A stretch of DNA of 64,000 nucleotides from Candidatus Nomurabacteria bacterium CG1_02_43_90 (lineage in GTDB: Bacteria > Patescibacteriota > Minisyncoccia > Phycocordibacterales > UBA1550). Made by a program: the position numbers and the translations under genes. This document shows, one piece after another, positions 28,669-40,750 of the stretch. The stretch is taken from contig MNVN01000015.1 in assembly GCA_001871765.1 (NCBI GenBank), positions 52,543 through 116,542 of the forward strand, in the 5' to 3' direction. The notes below the pieces were generated by a model. It searched no databases. It was not told where the DNA came from and was given only the letters and a program-made list of their open reading frames with translations. The number at the start of each line of letters is the position of its first letter. Position 1 is the first letter of the stretch.

Positions 28669-29956
28669 TTTTCCCCCTCAATTGCCGGTGGTACCCTATT
28701 GCAAAACGATGGGCCTCACTGTTGGCGAGGAGGATAGATCTTTTAAAATTACTAAGGTCCGCCCTTAATTTCAGATTCTCAAGGGCAGGTCTTGCAATTT
28801 TCCCGCTCAGAATTTCTTTTGGCTTGTGGTGCTCATCTTTTACCACACCAACTACGGGAATAGCTATCCCCTGTTCGGTAAAGATTTTTTCTGCAGTATG
28901 TATTTGTGCTGTTCCTCCGTCTACTACCACTAGGTCAGGCAGACACCATTCAGAGTGAGCAAGTCTGCGCTCGAGTACCTCACGAAGCGATGCATTGTCG
29001 TCGTTCGTACTTGTCTTAATCTTGAATTTTCGATAATCACTCTTTTTGGGTTCGCCATCTTCTAACACAACCATTACCCCGACAGTATTGGTACCAGAAA
29101 TATGCGCGACGTCATAGGCTTCGATACGGTAGGTTTCTTCACCAAGAGCAGCCCTTGGTTCAATCGCGTAAGTACGCAAGAAGTTCTCTTTTATGAGGGC
29201 AACATCCTGAATATGATTGAGTGCAAAAATTGTTTTTTTAATACGCGTAGCATCCTCAAACTGTAATTTCTTTGCCGCGGATTTCATATCGCGCTCAAGC
29301 GAACGTATAAGGGGTTTTTTCTTTCCTTCAAAAAACAACGTAATGTGGCGAATTATTTTTGCGTACTCTGCTTTTGAGATAGTGCCCGCGCACACCCCCG
29401 GACAAAGATTAATTTGTGCATTGAAGCAGGGTTTGCATTTTCTTGTCGGTTGTATGCAAGGCGTACATTTGTCACGAAACGGAAAAATCTTTCGGACGAT
29501 GGCGAGCGCCTCGCGCAAGACACTTCCTTTAGGAAAAGGGCCGAATACAGCTTTTGGAGGTAAGGTTTTAGGTTTTAGATCAGCCCCACCTAACTCGCGT
29601 CCACGCATCGTTATGACACGGGGAAATTCTTCACTGGTGATTACTACGTAGTTGAAACTTTTATTGTCCTTTTCTTTAGTGTTATAGGGTGGTTGATATT
29701 TTTTAATCAACGATGCTTCGAGAATAAGTGCTTCAATCACCGAATCCGTTTCAATATAATCAACAGAGGTTGCAGACTCAATCATACCCACGAGAAGTGG
29801 TCCGCGGGTTTCCATAAGGTCATGACGAAGATAGCTCATCACACGAGTCCGTAAAGAAGTTGCCTTCCCTATATAAATAGGTTTTCTTTTTTTATTACGA
29901 AAGATATATATTCCTGGTGTTTGGGGAAATTTTTTAACGATTTGTTCTATTGACAT
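28661..29956 (-). CDS. uvrC: Excinuclease ABC subunit C (short, no C-terminal HhH)
   Basis: PGIY...YIGKATSLR GIY-YIG, Cys-rich region, FEDA..I UVR, IEAYDVAH, DGG..Q, EAHRFAI. Confidence 0.9.
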   Translation of the reverse strand: MSIEQIVKKFPQTPGIYIFRNKKRKPIYIGKATSLRTRVMSYLRHDLMETRGPLLVGMIESATSVDYIETDSVIEALILEASLIKKYQPPYNTKEKDNKSFNYVVITSEEFPRVITMRGRELGGADLKPKTLPPKAVFGPFPKGSVLREALAIVRKIFPFRDKCTPCIQPTRKCKPCFNAQINLCPGVCAGTISKAEYAKIIRHITLFFEGKKKPLIRSLERDMKSAAKKLQFEDATRIKKTIFALNHIQDVALIKENFLRTYAIEPRAALGEETYRIEAYDVAHISGTNTVGVMVVLEDGEPKKSDYRKFKIKTSTNDDNASLREVLERRLAHSEWCLPDLVVVDGGTAQIHTAEKIFTEQGIAIPVVGVVKDEHHKPKEILSGKIARPALENLKLRADLSNFKRSILLANSEAHRFAIGYHRQLRGKIK

Positions 29957-30024
29957 ATTCATCTATTCGCTATACAATAACACAATTTTGCACCTTTAAT
30001 CAACTAAATAAACGGGGGTGTATC

Positions 30025-30597
30025 ATGGCAACAAGATATCCGCTAGTCCTCAGTCAGCGAGTTCCTTTCTCTGTGCTCTTTCCGGGAGTTGCAAGCGTTA
30101 TTGAATGTGAGCTTATGTTGAAATTCAAGCTCTTGCAATGCGGATTTTTGAGAGGACTCCTTTCTCATTGTACGGAAAAATTAACACGAGATATTGTTTT
30201 AATTCCTGAAAATATTGTACGTCCTTCAACAATAAGGGAAAAGCGCACTTTTTGTCTTTATGACCCAGGGCGTATAACTCCCTATCTCATACTCAGCGAC
30301 AGTGAAGGGGTATTTAGTCAAGGGAAGATCCGCAGGTTCGTCGTTGCCTGGTACAATTTTGTCACTGCATTCCGTGATGAGCACATCGCACGGATCGCAT
30401 ACCCTTCTTTATTTGAGTTTGTCCGCAGTCAGGTTTTGTGCAGGGAGAAAATCCCCTGCACGCTCGATGATCAAGACATTGCGCAAATTGTAATGCTCCT
30501 TGTGAAAGAAACCTCACTGCTCTATAAAGGTAATCGGTGGGTTTCGAACAACGCAGACACTGCAAAAACATTTGGTCGTTGGTTCACCAAGGATTAA
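30025..30597 (+). CDS. Hypothetical protein
   Basis: TTGACA-17-TACAAT at 29950 and GGGGTG SD before ATG 30025. Confidence 0.65.
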   Translation: MATRYPLVLSQRVPFSVLFPGVASVIECELMLKFKLLQCGFLRGLLSHCTEKLTRDIVLIPENIVRPSTIREKRTFCLYDPGRITPYLILSDSEGVFSQGKIRRFVVAWYNFVTAFRDEHIARIAYPSLFEFVRSQVLCREKIPCTLDDQDIAQIVMLLVKETSLLYKGNRWVSNNADTAKTFGRWFTKD

Positions 30598-30637
30598 CTT
30601 TTTATGCAAATTTCATGGGCACTGCCTCGCGCGGTGC

Positions 30638-33229
30638 CTATTTTCTTTTTAATACTTTCTTTAAATATTTCCCTGTATGAGATTTGGTACTTGCGGCGAT
30701 TTGTTCAGGAGTACCCCGTGCCACAACTTGTCCACCGCCTTCCCCACCCTCGGGTCCAATATCCAGCACATAGTCAGCACTCTTGATAACATCCATATTG
30801 TGCTCGATGAGGAGAACACTATTGCCTTTGTCGACAAGCTTTTGTAGTATTTCAATAAGTTTGCGTACATCTTCATAGTGGAGTCCCACCGTAGGTTCGT
30901 CCAGAAGATAGATAGTTTTTTCGACATTAGGGCGATAGAGCTCTGACGAAATTTTTACGCGTTGAGCTTCTCCCCCAGAAAGCGTCGTAGCTGACTGCCC
31001 AAGTTTCAAGTATTCAAGCCCCACGTCACAGAGTGTCTTTAAGCGATCATAGATAGCCGGAATATCTTCAAAAAAAGTAAGCGCTTCTTCGACGGTCATT
31101 TCGAGTACCTCATAGATATTTTTCTTTTTGTATTTTACTTCGAGGGTATCCTTTCCAAAACGTTTTCCACGACAAACATCACAGGTCACATATACGGTGG
31201 GCAAAAAGTGCATCTCGACAGCGATAGTGCCATTTCCTTGGCAGGTTTCGCAACGCCCTCCTTTGACATTAAAAGAGAACCGCCCAGGACCCCATCCGCG
31301 CAAGCGGGCTTCTGCGGTTTCCGCAAAGAGATCACGTATAAAAGTAAACGAACCTGTGTAGGTAGCAGGGTTAGAACGAGGGGTCCGTCCAATGGGCGAT
31401 TGATCAATGAGAATGGTGCGCGAAAGATATTCTGTCCCCGTAAAACTTTCACAATTATAAATGTCATTCGTGCGATACTTGTGTTCGAGTCGCGCTTGTA
31501 AGTTTTTATGCACGAGCTCGTACATAAAAGTAGACTTGCCTGACCCTGAAACTCCCGTAATAGCCACAAGCTTTCCCAACGGGATATCTGCATCTAAATG
31601 CTTAATGTTAAAAACATTACCTTCACGAATACGTAAATGCCCTTTGTCTGTATCACGTCGTGGTGGTGTAGGAACCGATACATCTCCCCTCAAATAGTCA
31701 AGGGTAAGTGACTTGTATTTTTTAGTATTCGTAATCAGCTCATCAAGTTCTCCCGCAACGACAATATTCCCGCCATGTACGCCCGCCCCTGGACCGATAT
31801 CTACCATATAGTCTGCAGCAAAAATAGTATCCTCGTCATGCTCTACGACAATAATCGTATTCCCCATATCACGAAGATCCTTGAGTGTTTTGATGAGGCG
31901 GTCATTATCACGCTGATGAAGTCCAATGGTTGGCTCATCAAGAACGTAGAGTGCTCCTACGAGGCGTGAGCCAAGCTGGGACGCAAGGCGAATACGCTGT
32001 GCTTCACCGCCAGAGAGCGTTGTAGCGCGCCGACTGAGGGTCAAATAGTTTAGCCCGACTTCGAGCATGAAGGTAAGGCGGCTTTGAATTTCTTTTACCA
32101 CAGGTACGGAAATATCTTTGTCGCGGGCAGAAATGTTTAACTGCGCAAAAAAGTCTGACGCTTCTTGTATCGACATGTCTACCAACTCCACGATATTTTT
32201 TCCATCCACAAGTACGCTCAATGCCTCTTTGCGCAAGCGCGCACCTTCGCAATCAGGGCAATCTTCTTTTCCAAAGAAATGTTTTGTGCCGAGCCCATTA
32301 CAAAGCGGACACGCACCGTAGGGTGAGTTGAAGGAGAAAAGCCTTGGCTCGATTTCAGGATAGGAAAAGCCATCATTTGGACACGCAAAGCGATTGGACA
32401 TAATCATATCTTTGGTGTCACTTCCCTCTTTATTAAAAATAATACGCACGAGGCTTTCTGTTTCGCTGATTGCTTTTTCCACTGCTTCACCAAGACGTTC
32501 ACGCCCTTTTTCATTTTTACCCCTAAAATCAGCGAGCAAAATTTCATCGACAAGAACATCAATCTCGTGCTTCTTTGTTTTTGAAAGAACAATCTGTTCG
32601 CGGAGATTTTTCATTTCACCATCCACCCGCACCATAAGGTAACCTTTGCCCAAGAGGTCGTAGAGGAGCTGATAGTACTCACCTTTTCGTCCGCGCACGA
32701 GTGGTGCAAAAATACGAATCGAGGTAGCCTTTTTCCCCTGAGGACTATTCACTTCGGCCATAATGAAATTCAAAATTTCTTCAGTACCTAAACGTTTGAT
32801 CTCTTCACCACACACCAAACAATGTGGTTTTCCAATACGCGCATAGAGAACACGCAGGTAATCATATACCTCAGTGATCGTAGCGACGGTTGAGCGTGGG
32901 TTTGAGGAATGAGATTTTTGGTCAATAGAAATAGACGGCGAGAGTCCCGTAATTTCATCCACATCGGGCTTCTGCATTTGGTTTAAAAATTGTCGCGCAT
33001 ACGCAGAGAGGGACTCCACGTAGCGCCGTTGTCCTTCAGCAAAAATGGTATCAAAAGCAAGCGAAGACTTCCCCGAGCCAGAAAGTCCGGTAAATACAAT
33101 CATCTTGTCGCGAGGTATCTCTAAGCTGATATTCTTCAAATTGTGCGTACGCGCCCCGCGGACAGTGATTTTTTCTATTGCTTTCGAACCAGCTGGTTCG
33201 CGGCTTGACCGTAGACTTTGTTGCTTCAT
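30638..33229 (-). CDS. uvrA: Excinuclease ABC subunit A
   Basis: GARTHNLKN, two Walker A motifs ([18 protein letters not shown]), two LSGGEAQR, Zn fingers. Confidence 0.97.
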   Translation of the reverse strand: MKQQSLRSSREPAGSKAIEKITVRGARTHNLKNISLEIPRDKMIVFTGLSGSGKSSLAFDTIFAEGQRRYVESLSAYARQFLNQMQKPDVDEITGLSPSISIDQKSHSSNPRSTVATITEVYDYLRVLYARIGKPHCLVCGEEIKRLGTEEILNFIMAEVNSPQGKKATSIRIFAPLVRGRKGEYYQLLYDLLGKGYLMVRVDGEMKNLREQIVLSKTKKHEIDVLVDEILLADFRGKNEKGRERLGEAVEKAISETESLVRIIFNKEGSDTKDMIMSNRFACPNDGFSYPEIEPRLFSFNSPYGACPLCNGLGTKHFFGKEDCPDCEGARLRKEALSVLVDGKNIVELVDMSIQEASDFFAQLNISARDKDISVPVVKEIQSRLTFMLEVGLNYLTLSRRATTLSGGEAQRIRLASQLGSRLVGALYVLDEPTIGLHQRDNDRLIKTLKDLRDMGNTIIVVEHDEDTIFAADYMVDIGPGAGVHGGNIVVAGELDELITNTKKYKSLTLDYLRGDVSVPTPPRRDTDKGHLRIREGNVFNIKHLDADIPLGKLVAITGVSGSGKSTFMYELVHKNLQARLEHKYRTNDIYNCESFTGTEYLSRTILIDQSPIGRTPRSNPATYTGSFTFIRDLFAETAEARLRGWGPGRFSFNVKGGRCETCQGNGTIAVEMHFLPTVYVTCDVCRGKRFGKDTLEVKYKKKNIYEVLEMTVEEALTFFEDIPAIYDRLKTLCDVGLEYLKLGQSATTLSGGEAQRVKISSELYRPNVEKTIYLLDEPTVGLHYEDVRKLIEILQKLVDKGNSVLLIEHNMDVIKSADYVLDIGPEGGEGGGQVVARGTPEQIAASTKSHTGKYLKKVLKRK

Positions 33230-33656
33230 AGGTCAGTAAAAAATACCACGAAATGGGTATATCGGCAAGCAACAAAAAACCGCCTCGAATTAAGTCGTGG
33301 CGGTGTAAAAACTAGGAATACTCAATTCTGAAGACTTAATAGTCCAGAAAATTTATGAGGGTATTTATTCCAGAAATTTATAAGGTTATTAACCAGCGCA
33401 GTCACGGATTCGGCTTGGATGTTTGTAGGGCAAGACTGTTCATAGTTTGCCCACATCTCTTGAACCTCTCGACGATTGTCGCGGATAACTTTCATAAATT
33501 TTAAAAAACTATCTAACACATCTTGTACTTGAAGATGCAGGAAGACCCAAGATATGCATATGGATTATTGTACTGACGTGCCTTGTGTCCCAGTGTGCTC
33601 GCTCATTTTTAGATACGAATATATTATGTATTACCTATTCTGAACAGCAAAACAAA

Positions 33657-35672
33657 TTACTTCACCAGCTGTTCTCGCAATAGCACAATCTCATCTCTCA
33701 AAATCGCTGCGGTCTCAAAGTCGAGTTCTTTTACCGCTTTCGACATCTCTTTCTCTTTCAACTTCAAAAGTTTTTGAGGATTTTTTGCAAAAATTTGCGC
33801 ATCAATACCAAGGTTCATTTTTACCGCTTTCATATGGTCTGTCTCGAGGTGTTCGGTAATATCCTTAATTTGTTTGATAATCGTTTTTGGTGTAATGCCA
33901 TGCTCTTTATTATAGGCAACTTGGATAGCGCGACGACGATTCGTTTCACCTACCGCCCTCTCAATAGAGCCTGTAATCGTTTCTGCGTAGAGAATAACGC
34001 GCCCCTCAGCATTACGCGCCGCACGACCAATCGTTTGAATGAGCGCAGTATCAGAACGCAGAAAGCCCTCCTTGTCGGCATCGAGGATACCGATGAGGGT
34101 GACCTCGGGAAGATCCAATCCTTCACGAAGAAGGTTTACACCGACCAAGCAGTCAAAGGTTCCCCGACGAAACTCAGTGAGGATTTGAATACGTTCAATT
34201 GTTTTTATATCACTATGCAGATACTCCGCCTTAATCCCCTTTTCTTTTAAATATTGAGAAAGGTCTTCGGCCATCTTTTTGGTGAGCGTGGTCGCGATGA
34301 CCCGCCCGCCCTTCTTAACGGCTTGTAATGTCTCCGCGATAAAATCTTGGATTTGACCTCCATATTTTCCTTTTTCTAAAATAGGGCGGATAGAGATCTC
34401 AGGATCAATAAGTCCGGTTGGGCGAATCACTTGTTCTACGACTTGTTCGCTATTTTCTTTTTCATACGTGGAAGGAGTTGCCGAAGTAAAAATCATCTGC
34501 CCTACACGCTCATGAAATTCCTCTGCACGAAGCGGTCGGTTATCTATAGCGCTTGGTAGCCGAAAACCGAACTCGACAAGTGTCTTTTTGCGGGATTGAT
34601 CACCTGCATACATTCCGCCGATTTGGGGAATCGTTACGTGGGACTCATCAATAACGGTTAGGAAGTCCGGCTTCCCGTCTTTTGTTTTGGGAAAATAAGA
34701 GAGGAGCGTGTCAGGAGCCGAACCTGCTTTGCGTCCTGCCATATGACGAGAATAATTTTCTATACCACTACAGTAGCCCACCTCGCGCATCATTGCGACA
34801 TCATACGTTGTTCGTCGACTAATGCGTTCCGCTTCAAGTAATTTCCCTTCTTTTTCAAATTTTTTGAGTTGAGTCGCGAGCTCTGTTTTGATGGCTTTAA
34901 TTGCACGGTCTTTTTCTGCTTTGTTGGTAATGAAATGCTTTGCAGGAAAAATAAAAATAGATGACGGAGTATCGGTAATTTTTTGTGAGACAGGATCGAC
35001 TTTGTTGATGGACGCTATTCCTAGCATATCCATGGTGATGCTCCACGCAATTTTTTCTGACACAGGCATAATCTCAATAAGTGCGCCGATAGAGCGAAAT
35101 GTGCCGGGGGTAAGATCCACGTTAGTGCGCGTAAAGTGAATAGCAATGAGATTTTGCATAAGTGTCTTACGGTCAATTTTTTGACCTACAAAAAGTTTCA
35201 TATTTTTTTCCTCGTATTCTTTAGGACTCCCCAAGCCATAGATACACGAAACAGAGGCGACAATAATGACGTCCTTGCGTGTAAGGAGTGCTTGTGTGGA
35301 CGCATGACGAAGACGATCGATTTCTTCGTTAATCTGGGCGTCTTTTTCTATATAGGTATCAGTTGTTGGCATGTACGCCTCTGGCTGATAATAGTCATAG
35401 TACGAAACAAAATAGTGCACGGCATTGTCGGGGAAAAATTCTTTATATTCTTGAGCAAGCTGAGCAGCGAGAGTTTTGTTGTGTGCAATCACCAGTGTCG
35501 GCTTCCCGACCGAAGCAATGACATTCGCCATCGTAAACGTTTTTCCTGAGCCGGTCACCCCAAGCAAGGTCTGCGCGCGCATACCTTTTTTGAGTCCTGT
35601 CAAAAGCTCTTTAATTGCCTTTGGCTGATCGCCTGCTGGTGGCCAATCTGATTTTAGATTAAATACAGACAT
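33657..35672 (-). CDS. uvrB: Excinuclease ABC subunit B
   Basis: GDQP.AI, GVTGSGKT, YYDYYQPEAY, DESH, QTIGRAARN, C-terminal UVR. Confidence 0.97.
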   Translation of the reverse strand: MSVFNLKSDWPPAGDQPKAIKELLTGLKKGMRAQTLLGVTGSGKTFTMANVIASVGKPTLVIAHNKTLAAQLAQEYKEFFPDNAVHYFVSYYDYYQPEAYMPTTDTYIEKDAQINEEIDRLRHASTQALLTRKDVIIVASVSCIYGLGSPKEYEEKNMKLFVGQKIDRKTLMQNLIAIHFTRTNVDLTPGTFRSIGALIEIMPVSEKIAWSITMDMLGIASINKVDPVSQKITDTPSSIFIFPAKHFITNKAEKDRAIKAIKTELATQLKKFEKEGKLLEAERISRRTTYDVAMMREVGYCSGIENYSRHMAGRKAGSAPDTLLSYFPKTKDGKPDFLTVIDESHVTIPQIGGMYAGDQSRKKTLVEFGFRLPSAIDNRPLRAEEFHERVGQMIFTSATPSTYEKENSEQVVEQVIRPTGLIDPEISIRPILEKGKYGGQIQDFIAETLQAVKKGGRVIATTLTKKMAEDLSQYLKEKGIKAEYLHSDIKTIERIQILTEFRRGTFDCLVGVNLLREGLDLPEVTLIGILDADKEGFLRSDTALIQTIGRAARNAEGRVILYAETITGSIERAVGETNRRRAIQVAYNKEHGITPKTIIKQIKDITEHLETDHMKAVKMNLGIDAQIFAKNPQKLLKLKEKEMSKAVKELDFETAAILRDEIVLLREQLVK

Positions 35673-35863
35673 GCTTGACAATATACCACAAAATAGTAGT
35701 TTTGTGGAGGATCTATTTTACTATAACTTAAGGAGAGACAGTATGGTTGGAAAATCGGAGTGATAGGATTCATCGGGATCCATTTCGGAGTATTCCCTGT
35801 TTTCTATTAGTTCTAAAGGAGTAGCAGATTAAATGGGTTCTATCCTATAACGGCCGGCGATTT

Positions 35864-37096
<1,233 letters not shown>

Positions 37097-37209
37097 TTAA
37101 CATATTTAATCTTTACCGTTACTCTTGGGGATTTCTGAAACGAATACGCATTGACACTGTCAAAGCAAATCGGTAGCATATTCTATAGATATGCTCACTA
37201 ACAACATCG

Positions 37210-37557
37210 ACTCCACGTCGCAGAACCATTGTGCTCACTCACCACCCAAGAGAAATCCAAGAACGATTCGGGGGTACGGTTTGCACGAGCGACAACATAG
37301 GCGAAGTTGTCGAATTATCTAAAGAAAGAGATGTCTATATCTTAGGAGGACAGAGTGTTTTTGAACAGTTTATGTCCCGACCTGAGTTAAGGACATTATA
37401 CGTAACACATGTACACGATAACCTCACCGGCCCTCGTGGTGATAGATTTTTCCCACATTTTTCCGAAGATCGCTGGAGCAAGATAAAAGCTGAGTTTCAT
37501 GCACAGGGTCCACAAAATACGCATGCCCTTAGTTTTGAAGTATGGATTCGTAAGTAA
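37210..37557 (+). pseudogene. 5'-truncated dihydrofolate reductase
   Basis: PRRRTIVLT, VYILGGQSVF, LYVTHV, GDRFFP match the DHFR C-terminal part; N-terminal motifs absent and in-frame TAG at 37186. Confidence 0.75.
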
Positions 37558-37709
37558 AATTTATTGAAAGAACCTCAGCTTCTTGCTCCTGAGGTTTTCT
37601 TTTGTAAAAAATATACTCGCGAAAAGGTCTTGCTAAAACAAAAAAATACTGGTAGTGTGCAAAAGGGTAAAATCTGTCAAGAAATTAAACAAACGAGTTA
37701 GGAGAAGCA

Positions 37710-38213
37710 ATGTCGATTATAATTATCTGTGCAGTTGGTACGAATTGGGTTACGGGCAAAGCAGGAAAGCTTCCTTGGGGAAAAACTATCTCTGCAGATA
37801 TGGAACACTTTCGTAAAAAGACCCTTGGTAAGACGATTGTTATGGGGAGAAAAACATGGGAATCAATAGGTGGAAAAGCACTCCCTCGACGCAATAATAT
37901 TGTGATGACTCGTGAGAAAAACTTCACCGCATCTGAGGCACACATAGCAAGTAATACAAGGGCGATCCTTGAAATCGCAAAGGAACAAGATGTTTTTGTC
38001 ATTGGCGGAAGTGAAATCTACGCAGAACTCCTTCCTTATGCAACACAAATGTTTATTACGATTGTTGAGGGTGTTTTTGAGGGAGATACGTTCTTTCCCG
38101 AATACGACCAACATGGATGGGAAGAAGTTCGAGTAAAAACTATCCGACGTGGACCCACGACTCCTTACGTACTCCGTATCGTAGAGTACATCCGCATTTC
38201 TCCACCGGCATAA
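37710..38213 (+). CDS. folA: Dihydrofolate reductase
   Basis: LPW...DMEHF, VMGRKTWESI, LP.R.NIV.TR, IGGSEIY, GDTFFP; AGGAG SD. Confidence 0.95.
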   Translation: MSIIIICAVGTNWVTGKAGKLPWGKTISADMEHFRKKTLGKTIVMGRKTWESIGGKALPRRNNIVMTREKNFTASEAHIASNTRAILEIAKEQDVFVIGGSEIYAELLPYATQMFITIVEGVFEGDTFFPEYDQHGWEEVRVKTIRRGPTTPYVLRIVEYIRISPPA

Positions 38214-38232
38214 ACATAAATATGTTATCATC

Positions 38233-38261
38233 AAAAAGCCCCGCTTGCGCGGGGCTTTTTT
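38233..38261. terminator. Bidirectional terminator
   Basis: AAAAAGCCCCGC-TTGC-GCGGGGCTTTTT. Confidence 0.8.
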
Positions 38262-38278
38262 CTATAAAAATCTATGCA

Positions 38279-39112
38279 TTAGTAGTGCGTACGCGCATAC
38301 GCAAGTGATCCATAGAGCCCGCCAAAGTCAGCAAGCTCTGCCTTTTCAATAAGAGGAAGTTCTGGAAATATTTTTAAAATATTGGCAAGATATTTTTTGA
38401 CTGCGGGGACAGGTATTCCGACCTCACGCATCATAGATCCACCAAGCACAACAATATCGGGAGACCAGTATACGATAGTATTGTTCAAGCCGTAGGCAAG
38501 AAATTTTGCAAGTTCATCCCACACTGCGTCATCATGGATTTCATAAGGCTTTTTCCCAAAGCGTTTTTCGACGGAAGTTCCTGAGACGTATGCTTCAAGG
38601 TCATTTCCGTCACACGCTGGACAAAGGCTATTGTCAGGATCAATGATCTGATGACCTGGCTCAAAACCAAAAGACGAATTATCAATCTCACCGTCAACGA
38701 TACGAACTCCGCCAACACCCGTGCTTATAGTGAGGTATACCACAATAGACTTACCCTTCCCTGCCCCAAAATGCGCCTCTCCGAGTCCAACCATCGCAGC
38801 ATCATTCTCTATCTGTACAGGTACCTGGTACGCTTCCTGGAGGGCATTCTTGAGGTTAAAGCCTACCCAGCCACTCAAATTTGGGCTTCGCACGAGCATC
38901 GTCTTTTCTTTGTTGATAGGACCAGCAATACCCCCCACAACCGCGTCAATAATGCCCCCATTTGTAAGGTTGTTGACAATCCGTTTGAGGGTCTCGATGC
39001 CATCATGAACATCTTTTGGTGTTGAAACGACGACAGGGTCACTCAAAAACTTTTCTTTGTCTGCTGCAACGACACGCATTTTTGTCCCCCCAATATCAAA
39101 AAGAATATACAT
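38279..39112 (-). CDS. ROK family sugar kinase (glucokinase-like)
   Basis: DIGGTK, IENDA, ISTGVGG, EPGH, LEAYVSG. Confidence 0.9.
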   Translation of the reverse strand: MYILFDIGGTKMRVVAADKEKFLSDPVVVSTPKDVHDGIETLKRIVNNLTNGGIIDAVVGGIAGPINKEKTMLVRSPNLSGWVGFNLKNALQEAYQVPVQIENDAAMVGLGEAHFGAGKGKSIVVYLTISTGVGGVRIVDGEIDNSSFGFEPGHQIIDPDNSLCPACDGNDLEAYVSGTSVEKRFGKKPYEIHDDAVWDELAKFLAYGLNNTIVYWSPDIVVLGGSMMREVGIPVPAVKKYLANILKIFPELPLIEKAELADFGGLYGSLAYARTHY

Positions 39113-39225
39113 GCTCTCTATGGTATCAGATGATGGATAAAAAGCAAAAATGAACCCTCTTTTTATAAAAAGAACCGCACTTTTGGTACGGTTCTAGTTT
39201 CTTTCTTGAGAAATATAGAAGATAA

Positions 39226-39999
39226 CTATCTATATCCCCCATCAATCATGAAGTTCTGCCCATACGCGTACGAGCCACCCGAACCAACAATGAACGCAAC
39301 GAATGTTGCAATCTCTGAAGGTTCAGCAAACCGACCGCTCCAAATCCTGCTCATTTCTTTTGCGCGCTCATCTTCGGGAAGAGTATCGTTCATCGAGGTG
39401 TTGATCCACCCTGGAGCGACGCCGTTGATACGAATACCAAAGGGGGCATATTTCTCAGCAACAATGCGCATCATCATTGCTTGGGCTGCTTTTGACGCAT
39501 CATAATGTGCAGAAATTTCAGATTGAGAGTTAATGCCATTTGTCGAAGTAATAAGCACTATCGAGCCAGGGACCTTTTTCTCTTTCATTCGTTCTGCAAT
39601 CGCCCGCGTTGAAATGAAGCATCCATGAACATTGACATCAAATATGTTACGCCAGCCATCTTTACCGTCAAGTGTTTGCTCTTCAAGGGGGATGTTTGGC
39701 GAAATGCCAATTGAATTCACTGCGACCGAAATTTCTTCGCCATTCGCGTTAACCGCATTCTCAAGAAACTGCTTGAAGGAAGGTTCGTTGAGTTGATCAA
39801 CGGGTTCAAAATAGACCTTCACCCCAAGACCCACAAGTTCTCGAGCAAGACTTTCAGCCTTTGCTTTGTTCCCGCCGTAAGTGAAGCTTATTGCCTTTGC
39901 TCCATTGGCAACAAGGGCCTTCACAATCTCAGAACCAATTCCACCACTTCCACCAAGTACTAACGCATGCCCTGATAATTTTGAGATATATTTTTCCAT
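39226..39999 (-). CDS. SDR family oxidoreductase
   Basis: GGSGGIG, HYDASK (YxxxK), INGVAPGWI.T, IDGG. Confidence 0.92.
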   Translation of the reverse strand: MEKYISKLSGHALVLGGSGGIGSEIVKALVANGAKAISFTYGGNKAKAESLARELVGLGVKVYFEPVDQLNEPSFKQFLENAVNANGEEISVAVNSIGISPNIPLEEQTLDGKDGWRNIFDVNVHGCFISTRAIAERMKEKKVPGSIVLITSTNGINSQSEISAHYDASKAAQAMMMRIVAEKYAPFGIRINGVAPGWINTSMNDTLPEDERAKEMSRIWSGRFAEPSEIATFVAFIVGSGGSYAYGQNFMIDGGYR

Positions 40000-40117
40000 G
40001 ATTTTTCCTTTGTAATTTACAATCTTTTTTAATTGTACACCATTTCCAGTGTTTTGTCAAAACCAACTCAATACCGCACTACCAAAACTTTTAACCGTAC
40101 TTTTTTCTTTGGTAGTT

Positions 40118-40750
40118 TTAATTCCTCACAAGTACCGCACGTGCTGGTGCTCCATCAATATCGCCGAGCTTGAGGGGAAACCCTACAAAAGTATAGTTGC
40201 CACCTTCTACCTTTGAAAGGTCTAGTCCTTCAAAGATTACAATCCCTTTTTTAAGGAGTGCGGTATGCGGTCGTTGATCCTTTCCCCCACGTTTCTTTAT
40301 TGAAAGGTAATCAATACCAAAGAGTACAATCCCCTGCTCTGCAAGATAATCCGCCGCATCACCGTCCAAATAAATATACGTATCGTAGAATTTTTTAAAT
40401 CCCTTTTTTGAATTGCGAGTTTTTACCAAAATACGCTCATTTTTTGTGATGCGAAATTTTTTTAGGTCAGCTACTTTGATTGATTCTTCTATGTTCGAGA
40501 GGTCAAGAACACGACAAGCACCCATAAAAATATCCAGAGGGATTTTCTCAACTCCTTTTCCTTTTGCAAATACATGCCTGGGTGCATCAATATGGGTGCC
40601 CGTATGGGTCCCAAATTCAAGAATTGAGTGTGTCGAAGTTTTCCCTTCCACTACTTGTATTCTTGGTACAGGGTTCCCCGGATAAACGATCATATCTTCC
40701 TTAATAGAAAGAGAAATGTCTATGATTTGTTTTGGCTTCTTCTTAGTCAT
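40118..40750 (-). CDS. Cyclase / kynurenine formamidase-like metal hydrolase
   Basis: HTGTHIDAP.H, GIDYLSI, H..LL, E.LDL, DGAPARAV. Confidence 0.9.
   Translation of the reverse strand: MTKKKPKQIIDISLSIKEDMIVYPGNPVPRIQVVEGKTSTHSILEFGTHTGTHIDAPRHVFAKGKGVEKIPLDIFMGACRVLDLSNIEESIKVADLKKFRITKNERILVKTRNSKKGFKKFYDTYIYLDGDAADYLAEQGIVLFGIDYLSIKKRGGKDQRPHTALLKKGIVIFEGLDLSKVEGGNYTFVGFPLKLGDIDGAPARAVLVRN

Noticed and set aside
33322..33606. 65-aa ORF between uvrA and uvrB with an upstream in-frame stop
   Set aside because: No recognisable motif; cannot tell a decayed gene from a chance ORF
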